A DNA stretch of 64,000 nucleotides from Candidatus Buchananbacteria bacterium (GCA_903859075.1 CAIOLF010000046.1:20671-84670), one strand, 5' to 3'; shown: positions 8,140 through 17,774, counted from the first letter of the stretch. Notes: generated by a model not told the origin, from the letters alone. Program-made: numbers and translations.

Positions 8140-9258
8140 ATGTCTGCAGGCCTAAAAAAATGGATCAATCAAGTGATTGAGCCGACCGGCATCCGGCTAG
8201 ACGGCCCCAATCATTGGGATCCGCAAATTAAAAACCCCAAACTTTACGATCGCGTCAAGGCGGAGGGATCGCTGGGACTTGGCGATGCTTACGTGGACGG
8301 CTGGTGGGAGTGCGAGCGCCTGGATGAATTTTTCCATCGGCTACTTTCAATAAACATTCATGAGCGCCTCGGGCTATCGCTGCCTATTATCCTAGGATTT
8401 TTAAAAGCCAAGCTGATCAATATGCAAGGAGTGCGGCGCGCTTTCCAAGTCGGCGAGAAGCATTACGATACCGGCAATGACTTGTTTGTCGCCATGCTCG
8501 GGAAAACCATGGCTTACAGCTGTGGCTACTGGAAAAACGCTTCCACTTTGGACGAGGCGCAGGAAGCCAAGCTTGATCTGATCTGCAAAAAATTATATTT
8601 GCGGCCGGACATGAAAATCTTAGATATCGGTTCCGGCTGGGGCAGCCTGGTCAGGCACGCCGCCAAAAATTACAACGTCAGCGCCGTGGGCCTCACTGTT
8701 TCTAAAGAACAAGCTAAATTGGCGACTGAATTGTGCACCGGACTGCCGGTGGAATTCCGCTTGCAAGACTATCGCACCTTAAATGAAAAATTCGACCGGG
8801 TGATTTCCGTCGGCATGTTTGAACATGTGGGAGTGAAAAATTACCGCACTTACATGGAAGTGGCCAAGCGCTGCTTGAAGCCGGACGGCCTCTCAATGCT
8901 CCATACTATTGGCAGTCTCAAATCCGGCAACAGCACCGATCCCTGGATCGGCAAATACATTTTCCCCAACGGCCAACTGCCGTCGGTCAAACAGATTGCC
9001 ACCGCCGCGGAAAAAATCTTTGTCATTGAAGATCTGCATAACTTCGGAATCTATTACGATAAGACATTGATGGCTTGGAAAGAGAATTTTGAAACCGCCT
9101 GGCCGCAGCTCAAAAATAGTTACAGCGAAAAATTCTACCGTATGTGGCGGTATTACCTGCTCTGTTGCGCCGGCGCCTTCCGCGCCCGCTCCATCCAGCT
9201 CTGGCAGATAGTGCTTTCGCCTCATGGAGTTCCTGGGGGCTACGATTCCATCAGATAG
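8140..9258 (+). CDS. cfa: cyclopropane-fatty-acyl-phospholipid synthase (SAM-dependent methyltransferase)
   Basis: 372 aa; aligns by eye along its length with Cfa (HYDTGNDLF..., ILDIGSGWGSL, VGLTVSKEQ, FDRVISVGMFEHVG, PNGQLPS, YYLLCCAGAFRARSIQLWQIVL). Confidence 0.9.
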   Translation: MSAGLKKWINQVIEPTGIRLDGPNHWDPQIKNPKLYDRVKAEGSLGLGDAYVDGWWECERLDEFFHRLLSINIHERLGLSLPIILGFLKAKLINMQGVRRAFQVGEKHYDTGNDLFVAMLGKTMAYSCGYWKNASTLDEAQEAKLDLICKKLYLRPDMKILDIGSGWGSLVRHAAKNYNVSAVGLTVSKEQAKLATELCTGLPVEFRLQDYRTLNEKFDRVISVGMFEHVGVKNYRTYMEVAKRCLKPDGLSMLHTIGSLKSGNSTDPWIGKYIFPNGQLPSVKQIATAAEKIFVIEDLHNFGIYYDKTLMAWKENFETAWPQLKNSYSEKFYRMWRYYLLCCAGAFRARSIQLWQIVLSPHGVPGGYDSIR

Positions 9259-9263
9259 ATTTT

Positions 9264-9290
9264 AAAAGACGCCCGACCGGGCGTCTTTTA
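9264..9290. terminator. bidirectional rho-independent terminator
   Basis: aaaagacgccc-gacc-gggcgtctttt. Confidence 0.8.
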
Positions 9291-9338
9291 AAATTAAACA
9301 AAAAATGCTAAAATAAAATTAGCAATATCTAAGTCATT

Positions 9339-11330
9339 ATGGCTAAAAATCAAAAATCAGCTTTTAAATACCAGCTTTATTTAGCCGGCGGCATTGGCAT
9401 TTGGAAAGATTTTTTCAAGCCAAAGTATTCAGAATTTTTTAATAAAAAAGTTTATTTATTCGAGCCGGGATCTTTAGGCGGACCCAGTGATCACCGCTTT
9501 ATGCCCATTGGCATTGCCTGCTATGACCTCAATGAAATCAACCACGCTGATGCCTTGCTGGTGTATATGAAAAAGTACCGACCGGCTGACGGGTCGCCGA
9601 CCGGCACTGACAGCACCTGGGAATGCGGCTATGCCATCAGCCAGAGCAAACCAATAATTATGCTGATCGAAGATTTGGATCATTTGGATTATTACAATTT
9701 GCAGTGGATGGTAAGCTTTAGCATTAATGCGGTGCTGACCACTGATGAAAAAGTCGCCGAGACCTGCCGCAATCATCCTAAATTCGTCCACACCACCGTA
9801 TTATATGCTCCTTCAAAAAACCAACTGGAATCTAAAATTATTGAATATCTGACAAACTACTACCGCTCGATTTATTCCCGTTCCGGAATCATTAACTATC
9901 AAGTTGATGAGAGAGCCAGAGATTTATTCGGGGAAAAACGTTTGGCGGAAATGACCTTTACTGAAACAACGGCTGATAAGACTATTTATAAATTATTGAC
10001 TGGGCTAAAACAATGCCGATTTAATAATGACTCCGATTATCTTAAAGTTTGCGAAATAGAAAGAAAAGTTTCCGCTCATCTCCGGAACCGACTAACAGAA
10101 AAAAACATCAACTCAGCTTTAGCCGCCGTAATCAAGCATTGGGCCCCAAAAAAAGAAAATATAGTCAGTATTCTAAAACATTCCATTGTGCCGCCGTTTT
10201 TAAAGATCAAAAATCGACATGCCGGCATCATAAAAACTCGCCCGGAACTATTTTTTGAACTCTATGACCTGGTTAATCATCATCTGATTAGAGAGCAAAA
10301 GTTTATTAAAGATCCAGATTTCCCTTATGAAATGGGAGCAATTATTGAGTTGTATAATTGGATGAATACTTATAGTCTCGATGACACCTTCGATAGCTCT
10401 GATTATCGACAAAACATCCCAACAGTCTGGAAACAATTCGGCCGCCGGAATGCTATTTTTACCGGACTTACCGGGCATTTATTAGCCCTAAAATACTTAT
10501 TTTTAATAGCTCGTCCCAAGCCGCAACTGGCCGAGAGATTGGCGGGAATTTTAAATGATTACAATGAATTAATGTATCAAGGCCAAGTTCTGGATTTGAA
10601 ACTGACTTTTAGTTCCAGCCAAAAGAAAAAACTTTTAAATAAATTGGGACTGCGAGCCATCTGCAAGTTATATATCAAAAGAATTTACGGCATTTGCGGC
10701 GGCTTTTATGAAGCCGTCGGCGAGCTGGCCGCCCAGGCCGGAAATAAAGAAGCCCAGGTTCTTAATGGCAAGCAAATTGATAAAATTTCTCCCTTAATAG
10801 GCTTGTACTATGGCTTGATCCAAATGATCAGAAATGATCTGGCTGATTACTTGGTGATTGAAAAAATTAGCGGCATGAGCCACAGTATGAAGGGCATTTC
10901 GCATTCCGATATTAAAGAAGGCAAAATCGATCTGCCTTACTCCATCGCTTTTTATTCATCGAAACTTGATAAAAAAGAGAAAAGATTTCTCTTTACGGCA
11001 TTAGCCGATAAAGAGCTATCCGCTAAAGATAAGCTTCATATCAATGAACTACTTTGGAAATCAGGAGCCATTGATCTGACTGTTGATTTGATAATTAATT
11101 TGGCCAGTCACGTCAAAACTACCTTGCTGACAGAATACCAAGAAACTCCGACTCGCATGAAATGGATGTTTAGCCTGGTCGACATCACCAAAGAAATTCT
11201 AATTCCCTTTAAGAGTTTGGCCTTAAGCCATGGCTGGGTAAAATATCAATACGACCGTAAACTACTTAGAACAATAAGCGATCTGATATTACAACTGGAA
11301 TCAACTCCTCGCCCAAAAAGAATTAAATAA
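9339..11330 (+). CDS. two-domain fusion protein: N-terminal nucleoside 2-deoxyribosyltransferase/LOG-like Rossmann domain, C-terminal trans-polyprenyl diphosphate synthase-like domain
   Basis: N-terminus YLAGGIG...GTDSTWECGYAISQSKPIIMLIED (NDT-like catalytic Glu context). C-terminus LDDTFDSSDYRQNIPTVWKQFGRRNAIFTGLTGHLLALKYL (FARM-like DDxxD..RRG.PT.H..FG), YQGQVLDL (GQxxDL), GLIQMIRNDLADY (degenerate SARM, NDxxD). Confidence 0.65.
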   Translation: MAKNQKSAFKYQLYLAGGIGIWKDFFKPKYSEFFNKKVYLFEPGSLGGPSDHRFMPIGIACYDLNEINHADALLVYMKKYRPADGSPTGTDSTWECGYAISQSKPIIMLIEDLDHLDYYNLQWMVSFSINAVLTTDEKVAETCRNHPKFVHTTVLYAPSKNQLESKIIEYLTNYYRSIYSRSGIINYQVDERARDLFGEKRLAEMTFTETTADKTIYKLLTGLKQCRFNNDSDYLKVCEIERKVSAHLRNRLTEKNINSALAAVIKHWAPKKENIVSILKHSIVPPFLKIKNRHAGIIKTRPELFFELYDLVNHHLIREQKFIKDPDFPYEMGAIIELYNWMNTYSLDDTFDSSDYRQNIPTVWKQFGRRNAIFTGLTGHLLALKYLFLIARPKPQLAERLAGILNDYNELMYQGQVLDLKLTFSSSQKKKLLNKLGLRAICKLYIKRIYGICGGFYEAVGELAAQAGNKEAQVLNGKQIDKISPLIGLYYGLIQMIRNDLADYLVIEKISGMSHSMKGISHSDIKEGKIDLPYSIAFYSSKLDKKEKRFLFTALADKELSAKDKLHINELLWKSGAIDLTVDLIINLASHVKTTLLTEYQETPTRMKWMFSLVDITKEILIPFKSLALSHGWVKYQYDRKLLRTISDLILQLESTPRPKRIK

Positions 11331-11359
11331 AAATCCCTCCGCCGCGGCGGAGGGATTTT
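11331..11359. terminator. bidirectional rho-independent terminator between convergent genes
   Basis: aaatccctccgcc-gcg-gcggagggattt, with an A-run on one side and a T-run on the other. Confidence 0.8.
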
Positions 11360-11362
11360 AAG

Positions 11363-11956
11363 TTATTGTTTTCTTTTTATTTCCAGCCAATCCGGTACCG
11401 GAGTAAAAGTAATTTCTTCCAAATGATCTATTTCTTCCTCGGTGACTTCATAATACTTTTGATAAGCCGTTTCCACGCTGCCATGCAGCGCCTCATTCCA
11501 ATCAAAGCCCAGCTTAGCGGCGACCGACCGCACATTTTCTTCCGTCTCCGCCTCAAGCTCCACAAAAGGCGGTATCCACGGCCAGGTGTCAATCGTCACT
11601 TCACAGCCGCTTAGCTCCCACGTTTCGCGCTTAGTCTCCTGATAGGAGCGGCAATCCAGTCCCGTGGCCAAGAGAAAGTCGCAAGCGGCGTCAAAATTAT
11701 CGACATTAAAAACTATTTCCTTCGTCCCCTGAAAAGTCCGGTCAACTAACCGCTTGTAGCTCATCGTAATCTTTTTGCCTTCATCCCGTACTCTGATCCA
11801 GGCGCCGATTTTCTCCAGGCGTTTATCAGAATAATCAAAAATCTTGCGTCGCATCAACACCTCCGCTTGGACTAGAGTCCCGCCATGACTTTTCAGCGCT
11901 TCCCGTAATTGCCGCGGATTAACGTCTAAGAATTTTGCTTCAACTTCAGTCTTCAT
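11363..11956 (-). CDS. CYTH-domain protein (triphosphate tunnel metalloenzyme family)
   Basis: 197 aa; N-terminal EVEAKF (ExExK signature), size and acidic-residue pattern typical of CYTH. Confidence 0.75.
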   Translation of the reverse strand: MKTEVEAKFLDVNPRQLREALKSHGGTLVQAEVLMRRKIFDYSDKRLEKIGAWIRVRDEGKKITMSYKRLVDRTFQGTKEIVFNVDNFDAACDFLLATGLDCRSYQETKRETWELSGCEVTIDTWPWIPPFVELEAETEENVRSVAAKLGFDWNEALHGSVETAYQKYYEVTEEEIDHLEEITFTPVPDWLEIKRKQ

Positions 11957-11958
11957 AG

Positions 11959-12822
11959 TTACTTTAGAATAATTTTTATTAATAAATCATTAATAAAATC
12001 AAAATCACCATCGCCGGTAATTACCGCATCAAACTTTTCTCTGTAAAGCTGCAGATTTTCTTCAATATTCTTATTTAAAAATCCGACCTTAATCAGATTA
12101 TCATAATTAAAACCGGTAATCATCTCCACGTCGTCCGAACCGTCGCCGAGTAGCAAGACATTTTTTCTTTCCTTGACCTTATCATAAAAAGAAAAATTGT
12201 CCAGCACGGTTTCTTCCTTATTAAAGGCATGAATAATCGGCTCCCTGACGGCAATTGCTCGACCGGCATCGTCCCAAATGAATTCATTAGAGACAATATA
12301 AACATTATCTGAAAGCAAATTCTGCCGCTTAAGATACAAAGAAATCGACTCTACTCCTAAACCGCTGGAAGACATAATCACCAAAGGAATGTCGCGCTCT
12401 CTTAAAAACTCAAAAAACTGCGCCACTCCCGAACGTAGCTGCAATCTTTGCGAGGTGATGGCTCGCTCAACATCTTTTTTCCGCAGGCCGGAAGCGATCA
12501 GCAGATCAAAATGCCTGGACCACCACTGCCGCATGGCCTCACGCTTTTCCGCGTGAGGCACTGACGGATCAATCTCGATCGCGTGATAATAATTGAACAA
12601 TTCTTTGGCTTTATCCGGATAGTCGGGCGTCAGATAGCCCTCGCTGCGCAAGACGGAGATTATTGAAGGCACTTCCTCCCCCGCCACAAACATCTTGGTA
12701 AGCGTACGATCAAAATCCGACAGAACGTGGAGTTTTTCCGCTCCGCCGATACTAATCGCTCTTTTAATCGACTCCAGACGCTGAGAATTAGAAATAATAA
12801 TATCTCCGGTCATATTAATCAT
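11959..12822 (-). CDS. HAD-superfamily pyrimidine 5'-nucleotidase-like protein (UMPH-1/cN-III family)
   Basis: 287 aa; motif I VLSDFDRTLTK, later LLLGDGSDD. Three bp downstream of the CYTH gene, so in an operon. Confidence 0.7.
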   Translation of the reverse strand: MINMTGDIIISNSQRLESIKRAISIGGAEKLHVLSDFDRTLTKMFVAGEEVPSIISVLRSEGYLTPDYPDKAKELFNYYHAIEIDPSVPHAEKREAMRQWWSRHFDLLIASGLRKKDVERAITSQRLQLRSGVAQFFEFLRERDIPLVIMSSSGLGVESISLYLKRQNLLSDNVYIVSNEFIWDDAGRAIAVREPIIHAFNKEETVLDNFSFYDKVKERKNVLLLGDGSDDVEMITGFNYDNLIKVGFLNKNIEENLQLYREKFDAVITGDGDFDFINDLLIKIILK

Positions 12823-12830
12823 TAATTAAA

Positions 12831-13349
12831 TTAGGATTTAATAATTTTTAAATCGCTGACATCCAGACTGCCGCGATACAAAATGTGAGCCACGCCGTGA
12901 AAGGGCAGGACTTTTTGTCCCGCACTGACGGCCTTGGCATAATAGTCCGTGGCGTTCTCCGACAGTTCGGCCAGATCGGCGACTAACTTTGGATCAAACG
13001 GCTTGAATTCATCGGGCTCAATTTTATTGTCTTCCCGCCGATAAAGATAAATCACCGCCCGGTGGCTATCAATGATTTCTAAAGGGACTTCAAAAAAGTT
13101 TTCCCGGAAAGGATGGCCGAGCTTGAGCAAGGCCTCCTTGATTTTTGTCGGATGAACCGCGCTGAAATGCAGTACGTCATTCCAAAGGCAATTAAGGAAA
13201 GGGATGATTTCTTGCAATAGATATTCCCGGCCCTGATATTTTTTTACTGCCGCTTCATAGATCTCCGGGTTAATCTTTTCCATGACATTTAGCGGATAGA
13301 GGATATTGCCCGACATATTGGTCGGGACTTTATGATAAATAAAAGCCAT
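12831..13349 (-). CDS. hypothetical protein, first gene of the nucleotidase/CYTH operon
   Basis: 172-aa ORF, 8 bp upstream of the nucleotidase gene. No motif recognised. Confidence 0.55.
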   Translation of the reverse strand: MAFIYHKVPTNMSGNILYPLNVMEKINPEIYEAAVKKYQGREYLLQEIIPFLNCLWNDVLHFSAVHPTKIKEALLKLGHPFRENFFEVPLEIIDSHRAVIYLYRREDNKIEPDEFKPFDPKLVADLAELSENATDYYAKAVSAGQKVLPFHGVAHILYRGSLDVSDLKIIKS

Positions 13350-13431
13350 ATTTTTTGTGATTATCTGCCCTAATTATAGCTCAATCGGCCCGGCCAGACA
13401 AGCTGAAAAGAAAAGACCGCCAAACGCGAAG

Positions 13432-14163
13432 TCAGCGGTCCAGGAAAAATGCCAGCAAGGCGACGACCAGCAGTATCATCAGATTATCGTCGAGGTAAAA
13501 CCTGGAGAGCTGATGCGCTACCGGACTGGGAAAACAGCGCCGAAGCCGCGAAGTAAGCGGTCTGCACCAGCCGACCCAGCTCGGAGTGTAGGTCTCTGCC
13601 AGTGCGACGGTTACGCTGATGATAAAGATGTTGGCAGCATCTAATCGGCTGCCCAGGAATGCTGCTACTCGGCTCATGACCAAATAACTGACCAAAGCGA
13701 ATACCAGCAATCCCAAGCCGCGGGAGCTGTTGACGCCCCAGCGCGACAGACGATAACGCGCCCAAGCGGCGGCCGGATCTGCCAGGCCTAGAACCATCAC
13801 GGCCATCACCAGGATTGATTCTTTGATGGGCCCCAACCAGACGCCGGTCATCAGTAAGGAGGCTCCCAGCAAATAGTAGGTGCTGGCGGTAAACCTCTGA
13901 TGTTCATGCTCACGCAGAATAAACCGGAATATTGACATCTTGATAAACCGCTCATTGTGGCGCGGGCTTTGATGCCGGACCAAGTCCATCAGCAAAAACA
14001 CTGCCGTCATCATCCAGGCGATGCCGGTGAGCATTGCCAAGGGATTAGCCGGCATCCCGCAGATGTCCCTAAGTCCCCGCCACCAGTAAAAGACGGCGAG
14101 CATTAGAAGACATCCCGAGATATGCCAGATCTTTCGGATCCAGTTGAACTCGTAGATAACCAA
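13432..14163 (-). CDS. integral membrane protein, polyprenol (dolichol/phytol) kinase-like CTP-transferase family
   Basis: 243 aa, 6-7 TM helices. GLADPAAAWARYRLSRWG resembles the G(D)GLAD..GR.(F)G motif of Sec59/VTE5-type kinases. TTG start with AAGGAGGA upstream. Confidence 0.45.
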   Translation of the reverse strand: MVIYEFNWIRKIWHISGCLLMLAVFYWWRGLRDICGMPANPLAMLTGIAWMMTAVFLLMDLVRHQSPRHNERFIKMSIFRFILREHEHQRFTASTYYLLGASLLMTGVWLGPIKESILVMAVMVLGLADPAAAWARYRLSRWGVNSSRGLGLLVFALVSYLVMSRVAAFLGSRLDAANIFIISVTVALAETYTPSWVGWCRPLTSRLRRCFPSPVAHQLSRFYLDDNLMILLVVALLAFFLDR

Positions 14164-14286
14164 GGTGCTATCCTCCTTCTTTTACTGAGTTTGCTTCACT
14201 CTGCCAGTTTCTCTACTTCGGATTATAGACCAAAGGATATTAATTTTCAACTGTGATCAAATAAGCTTATTTTAACAGCTATATTA

Positions 14287-15519
14287 TTAACAGACAAAGG
14301 TCAGCGCTTTGCCCATTTGGTCGCCACGGCCGGTCCGGCCGATGCGATGGACATAATCGTCATAGGTAGCCGGGACATCATAATTAATCACGTGGCTGAC
14401 GTTGGGAATATCCAGGCCTCTGGCGGCGACATCGGTCGCTACCAGAATTTTGGTTTTATTCTCTTTAAATAATCTTAAGGCCGCTTGGCGCTTGCTTTGG
14501 TTCTTGTTGCCATGAATGGCGTCCGCTTTAAAGCCCTTTTGAATCAGACCAACGGATAATCTCTCCACGCCGAATTTGGTCCGGCCGAAAACCAACACTT
14601 TGGTGAATTCCGGCTTGGCCAAAAGATTATGCAGGACGCTTATTTTTTCGTGCTCGTGGCTGATTTTGATAATGTCCTGATCGACATTCTTGGCAGTGTC
14701 TCCGGTCTTGACGGAAATCGTCACCGGGCTGGTTAAAAATTCTTTGACTAGCTTATCAATTTCCCGGCTGACGGTAGCGGAGAAAAATAAGGTCTGGCGA
14801 GTAACCGGCATCAGCGACATGATAAATCTCATATCATTGACAAAGCCCATATCCAGCATGCGGTCGGCTTCGTCAAGCACTAAAGTGGAAAATCTTTCCG
14901 GACGGATCAAGCCGCGCTCGATCAGATCCTTGAGCCGGCCCGGCGTGCCAATGACAAAATTATAGCCGCGGCGCAAATCGGAAATCTGGCGGCCGATGGA
15001 AGCGCCGCCGACGCAGCAGACGGAAAAAATCCTCAATCGTCCGCGGAACGCAATCAATTCTTGATTGATCTGATCAGCCAATTCATGAGTCGGTACGATG
15101 ATTAAAATATTTTCCCGGTTATCCAATATGACTTTATGAAGCAATGGCAAAAGAAAAGCCGCCGTTTTGCCGGTGCCGGTATTGGCAACACCGACCACAT
15201 CGCACCCCTCCAGAATCGCCGGAATCGTCTGGTCTTGGATCGGGGTGGGAGTGACATAACCTTTGGTGACAATATTTTCTTTCAATCTTTGATCAATAGC
15301 AAAATCAGCGAAAGCATGTTGCGGCTGATAGGGCTTGGATTCGGTTTGGGGCTTGGCTTTGCAGACAAACCGGGAGCAATCAATATATTGATCGCGAAAA
15401 CCGCCGCGTCTGGCAAGCGGTCTTTTTCCTCCAAAAGACGGCCGGCCGCTTGAAGCGGCTAAGCGGCGTCTAGGAGAACGGCCGAGGCGAGAGCCCCGTC
15501 CGAAATTCCTGGTAGACAT
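14287..15519 (-). CDS. DEAD-box ATP-dependent RNA helicase
   Basis: 410 aa; Q-motif region, GTGKTAAF (motif I), VLDEADRMLDMGF (DEAD box), SAT, HRIGRTGRG (motif VI). Unusual RG-rich N-terminal extension. Confidence 0.9.
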   Translation of the reverse strand: MSTRNFGRGSRLGRSPRRRLAASSGRPSFGGKRPLARRGGFRDQYIDCSRFVCKAKPQTESKPYQPQHAFADFAIDQRLKENIVTKGYVTPTPIQDQTIPAILEGCDVVGVANTGTGKTAAFLLPLLHKVILDNRENILIIVPTHELADQINQELIAFRGRLRIFSVCCVGGASIGRQISDLRRGYNFVIGTPGRLKDLIERGLIRPERFSTLVLDEADRMLDMGFVNDMRFIMSLMPVTRQTLFFSATVSREIDKLVKEFLTSPVTISVKTGDTAKNVDQDIIKISHEHEKISVLHNLLAKPEFTKVLVFGRTKFGVERLSVGLIQKGFKADAIHGNKNQSKRQAALRLFKENKTKILVATDVAARGLDIPNVSHVINYDVPATYDDYVHRIGRTGRGDQMGKALTFVC

Positions 15520-15755
15520 GAGTTAGGTTTTAATTTTTAGCTTTAAAGCAGACAGGCCACCGGCCATTCATAAATTTCCATCAAAGCTAAATAATTAAAG
15601 CTAGAGTTAAGAAATGCCTGAATTGGGATTTCTTAAAATGGAACTAAATGAGATATACTTTAAGAACTTAAGTATAGCACGCATTAATGTTTTTGTCAAT
15701 TTAAAAACCTCCGCCGGGAGATTTTTGTATTAAATTGACTCAATTGGGCGGCTAT

Positions 15756-16842
15756 TTAAAACAGGTTTGAATTTACCAGCAGTTGCGTTTTCTGGACGCT
15801 GTTCTGATAAATTAGGCGGCTGGCAGCGGAGATAAACGGCCGATTGACAATTTTTTCATTATTTTGAAGATAGTCCAGCATTTTTTGCGGCGTCTTTTTC
15901 AGGATGTTCATCATGGAGTTGAAACTGGCGGCAGAATACATAGAAGTGAAGTCCAAATCATTAAACAGGCCAAGGATTTTGTTTTTATGATAAAGTTGAT
16001 GATCATTGAAAGCCCAATTGTCATGGATGGCGATATAATTAGAAATCTTGTTAGCCAAGCGCTTCGGGTAATTCACTTGCCTTAAAATCTTTTTAGCGAT
16101 TTGTTTGCCGGCTTGCATATGGCTTTTTCTGGAATCGCTGGCAAAGGGACTGTCTATCTTAGCCGCGCTATAACCCACGTCATGCAGCAGGATAAACGGA
16201 ATAAAAATCTGTTCCTCAATATTTTCCTGCTTGGCCAGCAGCAAGCTCTGCTTAATGAGCCATTCAATATGTTTTTCCGTATAGTCCTGTCCCTGATGAT
16301 TGTATCTTTTAGCTAAACGCCAAATCTTGTTATAAATTTCCGGCATAGGGTAGCTCTGCCAATCATGGGAAAAAGTATCTTCGGCATTCTCCAGATAATT
16401 ATTTTCATAAATAAGCTTTTGCCATTTATCAATAATATTTTGGTCAAAAATGTTGCCGATCATTACCTCGCAGCAGACATCATCCTTATCTTCCGGCATA
16501 ATAACCTGGCCATCCGGATTAATCATAAAATAAGCATTGGCTCTCTGGCGCCTGGGGGAGATAATAATATTTATCTGCCGGCCATAGGCGGCCATAATCT
16601 TTTCCGACTCGGCCAAAAAAGTTTTTTCATCAATTAATAATTTTTTTGATATCCGATCGCAGTAGCGGCTCACCGCCGGTAATAGTGATGGATTTGACTC
16701 CCTTCTTTGCCAGCAAAGAAAAAACTTTTTGCAGTTGTGAAAAATCCAATTCCGGAATATTCTTGGGGCCATAGCAAAAATCGCAATCCTTGGTGCAACG
16801 GGAGGTAACGCGGAAAGTGACGATTTCCGGGAAATGGTCCAT
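15756..16842 (-). pseudogene. radical-SAM (CX3CX2C) / HD-domain protein interrupted by a single-base frameshift in an A7 run; either a pseudogene or a homopolymer sequencing error
   Basis: ORF 16630-16842 (RCTKDCDFCYG, GGEPLL) stops after DIKKIIN. Removing one A from aaaaaaa at 16641-16647 reads DIKKLLIDEKTFLAE and continues into ORF 15756-16772, which carries an HD motif (H..IPFILLHDVGY, later H and D). Confidence 0.55.
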
Positions 16843-16927
16843 AAATAAACTTAATTTAAGTACATAATACTCCTTTTTCTGGCCGATGTTAATGCCCGTT
16901 TTCCCCTTTTTAAATCTACAAGCAATA

Positions 16928-16956
16928 TTGACAAAATGGCATTATCATAGTAATCT
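16928..16956 (+). promoter_or_regulatory. putative promoter with exact -35 TTGACA, 17-nt spacer and weak -10 TAATCT
   Basis: Read directly; 46 nt upstream of ATG at 17002. Confidence 0.3.
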
Positions 16957-17001
16957 CTGAGGTAAGAATTGATAGCGGAGAATCAACGAGGAGGGATCGC
17001 C

Positions 17002-17613
17002 ATGTCGCCATTTTATAGAAATACGCATGATGTTGAGGTAGGGTCGCTTATTGCCAGTGGTATTGCCACGAACGAACAACATGCGGAACGAATCCTGAAA
17101 GAAACAAGCAAGCGGAGGGAGCGGGCCGATCTGTACATTTTCTATACTAATCGCCACGTAGTCAAAACGTGCCTAGCGACACGTCCTGTCGATGAACGGC
17201 CGTACAACGGCTCAAATGTCCGGGTAGCCACCATTCCTTCGGGATCAATGAGTCGGATCGGAAAACTCCCGGGATTAACCAGCTCGTTAGCGATTGGCGC
17301 GTTGAAGGAGCTCGTCCCGAAAGCCGAGCTTGCCCAGGAAGCCACCGGTCAGGGAATCAAGCTGGTGGCCTTCGTGAGGAACTTCCAAATTGACGGCAAA
17401 TTAGGCGTCTTCCTGAGCTCCACGTCAGCCGAAGCCATTCACGCTCAGGGAAGGAAGACCCTTGATGAGAAAGAAAATCTGCTTCGCGTAGAATTCTCTC
17501 TCATCGGCGGCGATTTTGTTCTGGGCATGTTCAGCGCCTGGAACCAGCAGCCGTTTGGCGATAGCGTTTCACTGGTTCTGTGGATGCCCAGGTCGCAGAC
17601 CATCGCCTTGTGA
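17002..17613 (+). CDS. hypothetical protein (GC-rich)
   Basis: Start moved to ATG at 17002 (MSPFYRN), which has GAGGAGGG upstream. About 58% GC. No motif recognised. Confidence 0.5.
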   Translation: MSPFYRNTHDVEVGSLIASGIATNEQHAERILKETSKRRERADLYIFYTNRHVVKTCLATRPVDERPYNGSNVRVATIPSGSMSRIGKLPGLTSSLAIGALKELVPKAELAQEATGQGIKLVAFVRNFQIDGKLGVFLSSTSAEAIHAQGRKTLDEKENLLRVEFSLIGGDFVLGMFSAWNQQPFGDSVSLVLWMPRSQTIAL

Positions 17614-17774
17614 ATCAGAAACGACTGCCGCGGATCATTGACGACAAATAAGCCAAGGATTATTTCCTCTGGCTTTTCTTTTTTTATGTAAAAATCTCTC
17701 CCAAAAGCATCTCACGGAAACTAGAAAATGTTGCAAACAGTGTCAGAAAAAATAATTATTGGCCTAAGCTGCCA

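Noticed and set aside
15520-15755. Possible terminator or regulatory palindromes (gctttaaagc; cctccgccgggag) in the spacer between the radical-SAM/HD gene and the DEAD-box gene
   Set aside because: Stems are 4-5 bp with a weak U-tract. They are not convincing as terminators.
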